From a virus (lineage: Duplodnaviria; Caudoviricetes): a stretch of 64,000 bases of DNA. The notes beneath the pieces were generated by a model. That model made no database searches, was not told the origin of the DNA, and saw only the letters and a program-made list of their open reading frames with translations. Shown here piece after piece: positions 55,483 to 64,000 of the stretch (position 1 is its first letter; each line of letters begins with the position of its first letter). Made by a program: the position numbers and the translations under genes. The stretch covers positions 96,001 through 160,000 of the IMG/VR virus record IMGVR_UViG_3300005512_000001; one strand, 5' to 3'.

Positions 55483-56277
55483 TTACCCATCCCATCTGCC
55501 TTTTTGATATTTTCGCTGGTCATTCTCACACGGCAGCATATTATCTATACTGCAGTTTACCTGCGATTCTTCGAAGTAATCAGCAAATTTACGTAGTTCA
55601 GCCATCTCATCTGGTAGTATAGCGAATTGATTATCGCGGCCTGGTAACTCGTGGTCGATGGTGAAGTGCTTCTCTACTATGGTTGCACCAGATGCTATAG
55701 CTACAACAGCATCCCATATGGTAGGTGAGTGCCCACTAAATCCCCACTGCTTAGATATCGACTTGATGAAATTCATTTTATTTGGATGGAAATTGCATGA
55801 ATCACATGGGTATGATGATATGCAATGCAATAATATGACGTTATCGAATTTAGCTAGGTATTCATATTCATCGCGTTTAGCCGTCCCGGTCGATATAAAT
55901 ATTCGTTTGAACATTTTAATTGCGGCCGATGTTAACTCTTTATTACTAGATTCTGTGCCTGGAATTTTTAATTCATCAGTGAATTGTTTTATGAGATTCA
56001 GGTCGCGTGATGAAAAACATGATGTGAGGAATTTTATGTTATTTGCTACACATATATTTTTTAGAAGCTTATGTCTCTCTTCCGTCAGTTCAGCCTGTTC
56101 ATAAATCTGTCTACGGCCATCATGGTCCCATGGGCCTGGTGTGAGTCTATCCACTTTCCAAGTCTGGAATTTGGCGTAGTCTGCACCAGCTTTAGCCGCT
56201 GATTCTATCATTTTTGTAGCAACTTCCATATTGCCCATGTGATTCCAGCCGATCTCAGCTATAAGTTCAATAGACAT
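55483..56277 (-). CDS. neuB: N-acetylneuraminate/nonulosonate synthase lacking the C-terminal SAF domain
   Basis: IAEIGWNHMG, GADYAKFQ, ISTG, LHCISSYP, GFSGH, GA.IVEKHFT. Confidence 0.92.
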   Translation of the reverse strand: MSIELIAEIGWNHMGNMEVATKMIESAAKAGADYAKFQTWKVDRLTPGPWDHDGRRQIYEQAELTEERHKLLKNICVANNIKFLTSCFSSRDLNLIKQFTDELKIPGTESSNKELTSAAIKMFKRIFISTGTAKRDEYEYLAKFDNVILLHCISSYPCDSCNFHPNKMNFIKSISKQWGFSGHSPTIWDAVVAIASGATIVEKHFTIDHELPGRDNQFAILPDEMAELRKFADYFEESQVNCSIDNMLPCENDQRKYQKGRWDG

Positions 56278-56318
56278 AATAGGTGGCCCTTATTCTAGTC
56301 GTAAAAATATATACTTAT

Positions 56319-57077
56319 ATGAATAATTATAAAGTGCATAGTAGAGCCGAAACATGTAAATTGATTGAGTCGTCAATTCAAAATGGCGATAGGCTGGTTG
56401 TGTCTAGATATAGTGATGGTGAAGTGAATATAATGTCAGGTATTGATGCCAGACCATCACTTGCTACTGGCAATGAAAATCCGAAATTTTTGGCCAATAA
56501 ACTAATTAATGCTATTGCTACAAAAGGGCAACTTGTGTGTATTAATGAATTAAAAGCCAAAAACATCGCTCGTAATGATAAGTGGGTTGGGGTTCAACGA
56601 TTTTTAGCAAATGCTGGTAAACGGAATACATATGGCGCAGCTAATTGGAACATTTATGATTTCCAAAATGGTTCGAAGATTTTGTCGCATCTATTTTCTG
56701 GCAAGCTGCTTGTCATAACTGGTTACGATATGATAAAAGGTGTGTTAAAGAGATATAGATCGCATTTTGATATATATAAGACGCCATTAAAAGAGATGTC
56801 CGCTAGGTTTGATGAGCATGCTATGGCTATTAATAAAATGGCTAAAAATAATTATGACAATATTTTATTTTGTTGTGGGCCATCAGGTAAAATTATTTTG
56901 TCGAAGCTTATTGGCGTATGTGAATCAAATTTGGTTGATTTAGGGTCAGTAATAAATGCTATTATAACTGGTCTTGGTAAGGCTGATATCACAAAGAGAT
57001 GGAATATGAGTTGGGTTTCTAATGTTGATCTCAATAAGTGTGCTATGCAATTTGTAAAAGGGCTTAAAAATGTGTAG
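56319..57077 (+). CDS. GT-D fold (DUF1792-like) glycosyltransferase
   Basis: SRYSDGE, CCGPSGK, VDLGS. Confidence 0.7.
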   Translation: MNNYKVHSRAETCKLIESSIQNGDRLVVSRYSDGEVNIMSGIDARPSLATGNENPKFLANKLINAIATKGQLVCINELKAKNIARNDKWVGVQRFLANAGKRNTYGAANWNIYDFQNGSKILSHLFSGKLLVITGYDMIKGVLKRYRSHFDIYKTPLKEMSARFDEHAMAINKMAKNNYDNILFCCGPSGKIILSKLIGVCESNLVDLGSVINAIITGLGKADITKRWNMSWVSNVDLNKCAMQFVKGLKNV

Positions 57078-57711
57078 CATTGTCTTTACGACCACAGCAA
57101 CAAATAGGCCAGAGATATTACGCAGAACTTATGCATCATTTTCTGCGAATCTAGTCGGCCTTAATTTAAAAGACATTGATTTATTGATTAATATAGACCC
57201 ACTACCAAATAAAATCAATATCAACGCAAATGTTGATGTTGCGAAATCATTTTTCAAAACTGTCAGAGTCAATACTCCTGATAAACCTAGCTTCTCAACT
57301 GCTATAAATTGGCTCTGGAGCGAGGCACAATCACCGTATATTTTCCATCTAGAAGATGATTGGATACTATTAAAGCCAATTAAGGTAAAGTCGTTATTGA
57401 AAAATATGGGCAATAAGTTACAAATTATTTTGAGAGCTTATGGATATAAATATGATAAAATGGTGTTGTCTCCGAGCATTATTAGACATGAATTGTATTC
57501 TCGAATTGGTGGTAGATTAGATGAAACTATAAACCCAGAAATTCAATTGCGTAATCCATCTATTGTTGGCGTTAAAATCGATAAATCAATGTTGCTTGAT
57601 TTTCCTCAGAATAAGATTATTGTTAAAGACATAGGCAGGAAATGGATGGACCAGCAAGATTTCAAGAAACCAGATAAGAAATTTAAATTTTATAGATGGA
57701 TAAGAAAATGA
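57070..57711 (+). CDS. GT-A glycosyltransferase-like protein
   Basis: TTATNRP, NIDPLP, FHLEDDW, NPE.QLR, DIGRKW. Confidence 0.72.
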   Translation: MCSIVFTTTATNRPEILRRTYASFSANLVGLNLKDIDLLINIDPLPNKININANVDVAKSFFKTVRVNTPDKPSFSTAINWLWSEAQSPYIFHLEDDWILLKPIKVKSLLKNMGNKLQIILRAYGYKYDKMVLSPSIIRHELYSRIGGRLDETINPEIQLRNPSIVGVKIDKSMLLDFPQNKIIVKDIGRKWMDQQDFKKPDKKFKFYRWIRK

Positions 57712-58832
57712 AAAAACTACTATTTATTGCGACTATATATCGGCCCGGCGAAAAAGTATATCCAATACTACCCCGATTGGCAGAATTTTGTGATGTCGAC
57801 GTTTATTTATTCAACCAGATGAGCCCAACAATGGAGTGGCAAGGCAATATTGATATACGGGAGAAATTCTACCGGTCTGCTAGGCAGCATGCTAATGAAG
57901 TTATTGTCGGCCCAACATACCATAAAGTCCATAGAGAGCATAGAACAAGCGGATTTAAAAATCTAATAAACAAACAGATAAATTTTTCAAAATATGACTT
58001 GGTATTTATTGATGATAATGTATCTAAACCAGCATGGGGTACTCCATTATTATATAAAAAAGCTAAGAATGCTGGCGTGTTGGTGGTTGCGCAACCACAT
58101 GGTAACAGAGAGTTTAATTTATATGTGTCTCGGTATATTTTTAAGTCATTTGATATGTCTTTTGTTTTTGGGCCAAAAGAAGTTAGGAAATTTAATAGCG
58201 GCAAGATGAAGGGGCGCATATTTGGTGGCGGCATCCCTGCTAATGACAAACTAAAAGACTATAAACGTGGAAATAAGTATATTCTGGTAATACCAAATCA
58301 TACTTCTGTTCCAAAGAGCAGAACTGGATATTTAAGATTTACTAGTGAGTCTTTTGCGCAATGTGGGGCTTTACAACTTAGCCAGAAGCTAGGATGCCCT
58401 ATAGTTGTGAAAATGAAGACTAGACCAAGTTGCATGAAAGATAAACGGAGATTTGAATCTGATTTAGGGACACTAGCAGGGCGAGGTGTTAAGATATTAT
58501 TAGATGTTGATGATGATAATGAGTTAATAATGAATGCAGCATGTGTAATTAGCTCCCCATCAACATTAGCGTTTAAATCTATCCAAGCTGGCATCCCTAC
58601 CGCTGTTCTAAATAAACAAGGAATGATTGGGAATTTTGCTGACTACCCTGGTTTGGTGCCATGTAAGCCAAAGCTAGTTCTTAAAACAATTATAAATCAG
58701 ACGAAGATTGGTAGGCTTACGGATTGGATTGTTGATAATTTAGATGGGGGCATTGATTATTCATCGACGGATATTTACCTAAAAAAGCTCAGGTGGTTGC
58801 TTTATAATCGCAATGTTTCTCTAAATATATAG
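57708..58832 (+). CDS. GT-B fold protein (sialyltransferase, TagB or NeuC-like)
   Basis: QPHGN, GIPAND.L, SSPSTLAF.S...GIP. Confidence 0.6.
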   Translation: MKKLLFIATIYRPGEKVYPILPRLAEFCDVDVYLFNQMSPTMEWQGNIDIREKFYRSARQHANEVIVGPTYHKVHREHRTSGFKNLINKQINFSKYDLVFIDDNVSKPAWGTPLLYKKAKNAGVLVVAQPHGNREFNLYVSRYIFKSFDMSFVFGPKEVRKFNSGKMKGRIFGGGIPANDKLKDYKRGNKYILVIPNHTSVPKSRTGYLRFTSESFAQCGALQLSQKLGCPIVVKMKTRPSCMKDKRRFESDLGTLAGRGVKILLDVDDDNELIMNAACVISSPSTLAFKSIQAGIPTAVLNKQGMIGNFADYPGLVPCKPKLVLKTIINQTKIGRLTDWIVDNLDGGIDYSSTDIYLKKLRWLLYNRNVSLNI

Positions 58833-59576
58833 ATGTGGGTGTTTTAAATAGTGTCTATCTTTAGGGTCATTAGTGACTTTGTATGATGGGTCGTTAAATG
58901 GTGGGGTAGGCCCGAATAACTTTTTTGATAGTTTCAATATTTGTTTATTGAACATCGATAAATAGAATTGATCTCCAGCGTATGTTTTCCACCGGTTGAG
59001 AACATCCATATTTTGTGCTTTGCCATTGTATCGTGTTTTATCGAAGCTACTACCAGCACCATGTTTTGTTACTTTGTTTATGGATTTATCCTTGCATGAT
59101 AAACCTAAAGATTTTGCCAGCTTATCACGGTATGGTCTTTCGCTGAACCATTTATTATAATTAACAAAAATGGAATTAGATGGAAGATATGATGATAAAC
59201 TCAATGCTTCGGTGGCAAATTCTATCCATCCAGTCTGAATGTCATTGATGGTTTTCCGCACCCAATTTCTGCTTGGTGCCACCCCCCAAGATCTAATTTG
59301 CGACGCAAATAAATTAAATGGGTCACGCAGTACATAGGTTATAATTTTGTTTGTATCCCTATGAGGATTTTGTTCCGATAATATTTTGAATTGTTTGAGA
59401 GATACAGTCCCCTGCTTTATAACCACTGGGCAGCGTGATTTTTGCTCAAAATATCTAATGTACCCATCTTTTGTTGATACTCTGGATTTTACCTTCGTAT
59501 TTGCATTAATCCAATATAATACTGCACTCGAACCAGACCGGCCTAATGCAAATAGATAAATTTCTCTATATTTCAT
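58821..59576 (-). CDS. sulfotransferase-like protein
   Basis: ALGRSGSSAV, LRDPFNLFAS, YNKWF, GAGSSFD. Confidence 0.75.
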   Translation of the reverse strand: MKYREIYLFALGRSGSSAVLYWINANTKVKSRVSTKDGYIRYFEQKSRCPVVIKQGTVSLKQFKILSEQNPHRDTNKIITYVLRDPFNLFASQIRSWGVAPSRNWVRKTINDIQTGWIEFATEALSLSSYLPSNSIFVNYNKWFSERPYRDKLAKSLGLSCKDKSINKVTKHGAGSSFDKTRYNGKAQNMDVLNRWKTYAGDQFYLSMFNKQILKLSKKLFGPTPPFNDPSYKVTNDPKDRHYLKHPHLYI

Positions 59577-59631
59577 ATAATATTTTTTAATAGAATATTC
59601 TCATATGTGATGTTTCTGGTAAATATCATAT

Positions 59632-60405
59632 ATGAGTAGAACACAAACCACTATTACGTGCAGAGATTGTGATTATATCCCTAAAGTGCCAAATGCTGGT
59701 GAAGTTATAGGTAATTGCCAGATCATGCATAATGGCATTAAAGTGTATATTGGTGGGTATTATGGCAAATGGATGACTGATATTATACATGAGCTTAAGG
59801 GGCATCATGAGCCACAAGAAGAAAAAGTTTTCTTTGAGATTTTAAAGAGAATCAAGCCGGGCTCAACTATGATTGAATTAGGAAGTTTTTGGGCTTATTA
59901 CTCTATGTGGTTTAACAAATCAATTAAAAATGCTAATAGCATTATGGTGGAGCCTAGTCCCAACAAGCTATTATTAGGTAAAAAACATTTTAAACTTAAT
60001 AATATGACTGGAACTTTCATTCATGCTGCGGCTGGTAATTGCTATAAGGATTCTATGGCGTTTAAGGACTGGAAAGGTAAGATTAGAGACATATCCCAGG
60101 TTTCAATTGATTATTTAGTGAGCGAATTAAAACTTGAAGATATACATATTGTGCATTCAGATATTCAACGCGCTGAAGTTGATATGTTGCGTGGGTGTGC
60201 AAAATCATTTGGGAAAGTACATTACTTCGTTATTTCTACACACGGCGATGATAATCATAGGCGGTGCCTTAAGATTTTAGAAAATAGGAAGTTTAATATA
60301 ATAGCACAACACAAACCATCTCAGAGTTATTCTGTTGATGGTTTGATAGCGGCTGGCAACCCACGTAAAGTTGAAGCGTTTAATATAGAAATTAGTCGGA
60401 GATAG
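59632..60405 (+). CDS. FkbM-family methyltransferase
   Basis: HHEPQEE, IELGSFWAYYS, VEP, HSDIQ.AE, ISTH. Confidence 0.88.
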   Translation: MSRTQTTITCRDCDYIPKVPNAGEVIGNCQIMHNGIKVYIGGYYGKWMTDIIHELKGHHEPQEEKVFFEILKRIKPGSTMIELGSFWAYYSMWFNKSIKNANSIMVEPSPNKLLLGKKHFKLNNMTGTFIHAAAGNCYKDSMAFKDWKGKIRDISQVSIDYLVSELKLEDIHIVHSDIQRAEVDMLRGCAKSFGKVHYFVISTHGDDNHRRCLKILENRKFNIIAQHKPSQSYSVDGLIAAGNPRKVEAFNIEISRR

Positions 60406-60408
60406 GTA

Positions 60409-61059
60409 ATGCCAAAGTTTTATGGTCAACATCGTGAAGATCGCATTTTAGCTAACTTTTTTAAGAAAAATACCGGGTTTTATGTTGATGTTGGTGCTGC
60501 TAGCGGCATTAAACTTAGCAACACTTATCATTTTGAGTTATTGGGTTGGGATGGAATTTGTGTTGAACCATACCAACCATTTTTTAAGCAATTGAGGCGA
60601 AATAGGAATGCAATTGTGGTTTTTGGTGCGGCATATGATCAGACTGGTAAGGTGGTATTGTATGGTCATGAGAAAGGGTTTATAAGTACAACTGAAATTG
60701 ATGATGCAGTAAAGATGCGACGTAAAACCAGAAGGGGATGTGGTACTGATAAGTCAGAATATAATGGTCGTGTGGTGCCGAGTTTTAGAATTGCCGATAT
60801 TCTCGATGAACACAATGCACCAAATAATATAGACTTATTCTCTCTTGATGTTGAGGGTGGAGAGTTCAAAGTCCTTGATGGGCATGATTTTGATAAATAT
60901 GATGTGAGAGTATTTGTGATTGAAGCGAATACAACATCACAACGTGAACAATTAAATAGTCGAATGAGTGAACATGGATATGAGTGCGCATTAGTACATA
61001 AATGCAACTGCTTTTATTCTAAGCATAATGATGTTTTAGGATTAAGGAATTCGAAATGA
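60409..61059 (+). CDS. FkbM-family methyltransferase
   Basis: GQHRED, VDVGA..G...SNT, GWDGICVEP, SLDVEGGE. Confidence 0.9.
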   Translation: MPKFYGQHREDRILANFFKKNTGFYVDVGAASGIKLSNTYHFELLGWDGICVEPYQPFFKQLRRNRNAIVVFGAAYDQTGKVVLYGHEKGFISTTEIDDAVKMRRKTRRGCGTDKSEYNGRVVPSFRIADILDEHNAPNNIDLFSLDVEGGEFKVLDGHDFDKYDVRVFVIEANTTSQREQLNSRMSEHGYECALVHKCNCFYSKHNDVLGLRNSK

Positions 61060-62021
61060 GTATTGGCGTCTATTTGACTAGCCGAAATAATTACAATATG
61101 TTGGACCAATATTGGGCACCGAACTTGAGGCCATTTCTAACGCCAAATATGCGTGTGCTTAATATTGATGAGGATTCTAGCAAAGAAGAGAAACATAAGG
61201 GTCGGAAGATATGCAAGAAACACAATATAATATATATGGACCGAGAAGAAAAAGGCATGAGTTTTAATGCAGTGTCTGCATGTAACTTCTTCAATGCTGA
61301 CTGGCTAATTTGGTTCCAACACGACTGTTGGCCTATTACACCCGGTTTTTTTGAAAAGTTCGACGCAATGGTAGTTAGTGGTGCATTAGATAAATTTGGT
61401 GCGGTAGGTTTTAATACAGTTGCGGCTGATGTGGAAACTGATTATGACACAACTATTGTGGCAGCGAAGAAGGGAGAAAAACCACTTGCATTGATTGGCA
61501 GAAGTGGCCTTACACCATATAGATGGTACACAGGGCGTCCAATAAAGCGGAATGCAATGTTGCCGAAACCAAGAAGATGGCGCAAGCCATCGGCTGTAGA
61601 ATCAATCGCTTGGATGGCCATAGCCATTAATGTTAAGTTGTATCAGAAACATATCATACCAACAACAGATTTTCTGTTCTTCCATGCTTGGGATGATGTG
61701 TGTTATCAATTTTTGGCTAAAAACATATATAATGTAGCAATACCTAGCTTATATATAGACCATAGGCCAGGCTTGAAAGGCCAAGCTGGCTTGCCGAAGT
61801 CATCTACTAAAGTGGCTAAGAGAGGCATAGAAACTTATCATCCAGGTAAATGGACACATTTAAAAACATGGAAGAACAAATGGGGGTGGGATTGGCGTAA
61901 TCCGCAATCTTTCGCTAAAGTGGCTAAGAAGTATAGAAATACATTGCTGCATGAATTTTTTAATCATAATTTTGCTACTGGCCCATTAGCAACATTTGAT
62001 GTGCCTGGCGGCAGCATCTGA
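61056..62021 (+). CDS. GT2-like glycosyltransferase
   Basis: SRNN, IDEDS, WFQHDC, WDD.C. Confidence 0.75.
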   Translation: MSIGVYLTSRNNYNMLDQYWAPNLRPFLTPNMRVLNIDEDSSKEEKHKGRKICKKHNIIYMDREEKGMSFNAVSACNFFNADWLIWFQHDCWPITPGFFEKFDAMVVSGALDKFGAVGFNTVAADVETDYDTTIVAAKKGEKPLALIGRSGLTPYRWYTGRPIKRNAMLPKPRRWRKPSAVESIAWMAIAINVKLYQKHIIPTTDFLFFHAWDDVCYQFLAKNIYNVAIPSLYIDHRPGLKGQAGLPKSSTKVAKRGIETYHPGKWTHLKTWKNKWGWDWRNPQSFAKVAKKYRNTLLHEFFNHNFATGPLATFDVPGGSI

Positions 62022-62032
62022 GGAGATATATC

Positions 62033-62740
62033 ATGATTAATGGTAAGAAGGTTTTAGCAATTACTTTGGCTAGGGGCGGGTCAAAGAGCATTCCACGTAA
62101 GAATATTATAGATATAAATGGCAAACCACTATTGCAATATACAACTGATGAGGTAGCCAAGAGTGCATATATAGATGATTATTATTTATCTACTGAAGAT
62201 TCTGAGATAATGTCAGTAGGACGCAATCTTGGTGTGCCTATAATTGAAAGGCCGACTGAATTAGCATCAGACACTGCTACTTCGTATGATGCAATAATGC
62301 ATGCTATAGACCATCTAGACGCGTGGGGTGTGTACGACTATATAGTAGAGGTGATGGTAACTAATCCATTGAAAACTGTTGATGATATTGATGCATGCAT
62401 CAGTAAATTGTATTCTAGTGGTGCTGATAGTGTCACATCTGTGGTAAGAATTTACGACCACCACCCATCACGTGTTAAATATATTCAACACGATAGGATG
62501 ATGAGTTTTTATCCGGAGCAGCCTGAATCTAGAAGACAAGATTTATTGCCGCCAGCATATGTGCGTAATGGATCGATTTATGCAATAACTTTGTTGGCTT
62601 TTAATAAGTATAAGTCTAGAGTAGGTGCTGATGCTGTTCCGTACATAATGCCGCAAGAAAGGACTGTTAATATTGATGAACCTGCTGATTTGAAATTAGC
62701 TGAGCTTCTAATTACTGGGTCCATGGCGTTTAGGAAATAA
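62033..62740 (+). CDS. neuA: acylneuraminate cytidylyltransferase
   Basis: LARGGSKSIPRKN, RP.ELASD, TNPL, RRQDL, NGSIY, NIDE..D. Confidence 0.92.
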   Translation: MINGKKVLAITLARGGSKSIPRKNIIDINGKPLLQYTTDEVAKSAYIDDYYLSTEDSEIMSVGRNLGVPIIERPTELASDTATSYDAIMHAIDHLDAWGVYDYIVEVMVTNPLKTVDDIDACISKLYSSGADSVTSVVRIYDHHPSRVKYIQHDRMMSFYPEQPESRRQDLLPPAYVRNGSIYAITLLAFNKYKSRVGADAVPYIMPQERTVNIDEPADLKLAELLITGSMAFRK

Positions 62741-62741
62741 C

Positions 62742-63680
62742 ATGAAAATTTTATGTGTGACGCCGGTTAAACATATTGCTGGAGTTTGTGAAACTCTTAA
62801 TTCATATGGCGATGTCACATATGAAGAGGCTGCCAATAAATCTGAAGTGCAGGAATTATTACATCATAATTATGATGTCCTATATGTGAATCCCAATAAG
62901 ATGACATATAGAATAGATGATGATTTATTAGGCGATGCTTGCACTCTGCGTGCTGTTTGCACCGCATCAACCGGCACAAATCATATCGATAAGGATATGT
63001 GTAAAAGACGCGATATAAAAGTTCTATCTTTAACAACAGACTACGCTACGATAGAACGCATTAGTTCTACAGCAGAACATGCATTTTGTTTGATGATCTC
63101 ATTAGTTCGTAATTTACCAAGTGCATTCGCTGCAGCGCAACAGTTTAAGTGGGATTATACTAAATTTATAGGGCGGCAATTAAACCATCTGACTGCTGGA
63201 ATTGTTGGATATGGTAGACTTGGCAAAATGATGGCAGGATATTGTGAGGCATTTGGTATGGAGATTTTGGTCTGCGATCCATATAAAAATACTGATGGAT
63301 TCCCAAACTTAGAATTAAGTGAACTGTGTTCTAAAAGTGATGTTGTGTCTATGCATGTTCATTTAAACAATGAAACGACGGATATGATTAATCACCGTAT
63401 CATCAAAAAATGCAATGATGCATATTTGATTAACACATCACGCGGGGGTGTTGTCAATGAAGTTGATGTGGTGGATGGTCTGGAATCTGGCTACTTACAT
63501 GGGTATGCGACTGACGTAATAGGCGATGAACTAGGCAATGTCGCCCGTAGTATCTTGATTGAAAAATCTAAAGATTTAAATATCATAATAACACCACATA
63601 TCGGTGGGATGACCACGGAGGCGCAGGAAATCGCTTATAATAGTGCCGCAAATAAAATTGGAGATTTAATAGATGAGTAA
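62742..63680 (+). CDS. D-isomer-specific 2-hydroxyacid dehydrogenase (SerA-like)
   Basis: STGTNHID, TAEH, GIVGYGRLG, INTSRG, TPHIGG.T.E. Confidence 0.9.
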   Translation: MKILCVTPVKHIAGVCETLNSYGDVTYEEAANKSEVQELLHHNYDVLYVNPNKMTYRIDDDLLGDACTLRAVCTASTGTNHIDKDMCKRRDIKVLSLTTDYATIERISSTAEHAFCLMISLVRNLPSAFAAAQQFKWDYTKFIGRQLNHLTAGIVGYGRLGKMMAGYCEAFGMEILVCDPYKNTDGFPNLELSELCSKSDVVSMHVHLNNETTDMINHRIIKKCNDAYLINTSRGGVVNEVDVVDGLESGYLHGYATDVIGDELGNVARSILIEKSKDLNIIITPHIGGMTTEAQEIAYNSAANKIGDLIDE

Positions 63681-64000
63681 ACATTTGGATTATTGGCGAA
63701 AAAGGAATAAAGCTGGGTATCAGAGGCTAATTGCGACACAACCGTTTTTACATGAGAATTCAGAGGAATTGATTAAATTTCTTGATGAGAATAATATATT
63801 CTTTGATGGTATCTCGGTTTTCGAAATTGGTTGTGGGTGCGGGCGTAATTTGAAGTATATGGCAGATGCACAACCAACTGCTAGGCTTGCTGGTAATGAC
63901 CTTAGCAAAGCATTGTGTTTTAAGCATATGGCGAAAAACCTAAAAAAAGTAATAGATTTCCGCGAGATTGACACCAAATCATTATTTTCCGGCAAGCCAT
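63673..64000 (+). CDS. class I SAM methyltransferase (runs off the window end)
   Basis: MSKHLDYW...FEIGCGCGRNL...GND. Confidence 0.75.
   Translation, partial: MSKHLDYWRKRNKAGYQRLIATQPFLHENSEELIKFLDENNIFFDGISVFEIGCGCGRNLKYMADAQPTARLAGNDLSKALCFKHMAKNLKKVIDFREIDTKSLFSGKP

Noticed and set aside
1-64000. Genome-wide stop-codon reassignment
   Set aside because: Long conserved genes are intact in code 11 and end at TAA, TAG and TGA. The TAG at 19630 also needs a frame change, so readthrough alone would not fix it.

Overview
This is a 64-kb segment of a large dsDNA (jumbo-type) phage genome in the standard genetic code; no rRNA, complete tRNA or CRISPR array was seen. (1) About 1-11.3 kb is a mosaic, partly GC-rich early region of small ORFs, mostly on the minus strand. 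They are organised in cassettes by 11 copies of one promoter-like motif (TTGNCN-N17-CAC), GC hairpins and a second ~20-bp repeat. (2) About 11.3-23 kb holds AT-rich accessory genes: DUF5662, DUF3307, DUF5661, two HNH nucleases, a macrodomain, a split metallophosphoesterase and a stand-alone mimic of the PilC N-terminus. (3) About 23-47 kb holds DNA, transcription and nucleotide genes: DinG-like helicase, SbcD/SbcC, two divergent sigma-like genes, a Maf/DUF115-like transferase beside a 1339-aa poly-Ser/LamG/beta-helix spike, ThyA, an NDT-like hydrolase, a DeoC-like gene, a PurZ-like (not PurA-like) synthetase and a class II RNR with an intein. (4) About 46.9-47.4 kb has 16-bp tandem repeats plus a ~390-nt highly structured non-coding element. 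(5) About 47.5-64 kb has ClpP, an actin-like ATPase and a >15-kb glycan island (NeuB, NeuA, about 8 glycosyltransferases, 3 sulfotransferases, 3 methyltransferases). The leading candidate new systems are a phage-encoded nonulosonate/sulfated-glycan decoration pathway, a PurZ locus with non-canonical partners, the structured RNA/origin element, and a possible translational bypass. All family calls come from motif recognition by eye; no database search was run. Some domains suggest a Planctomycetota host (inference).
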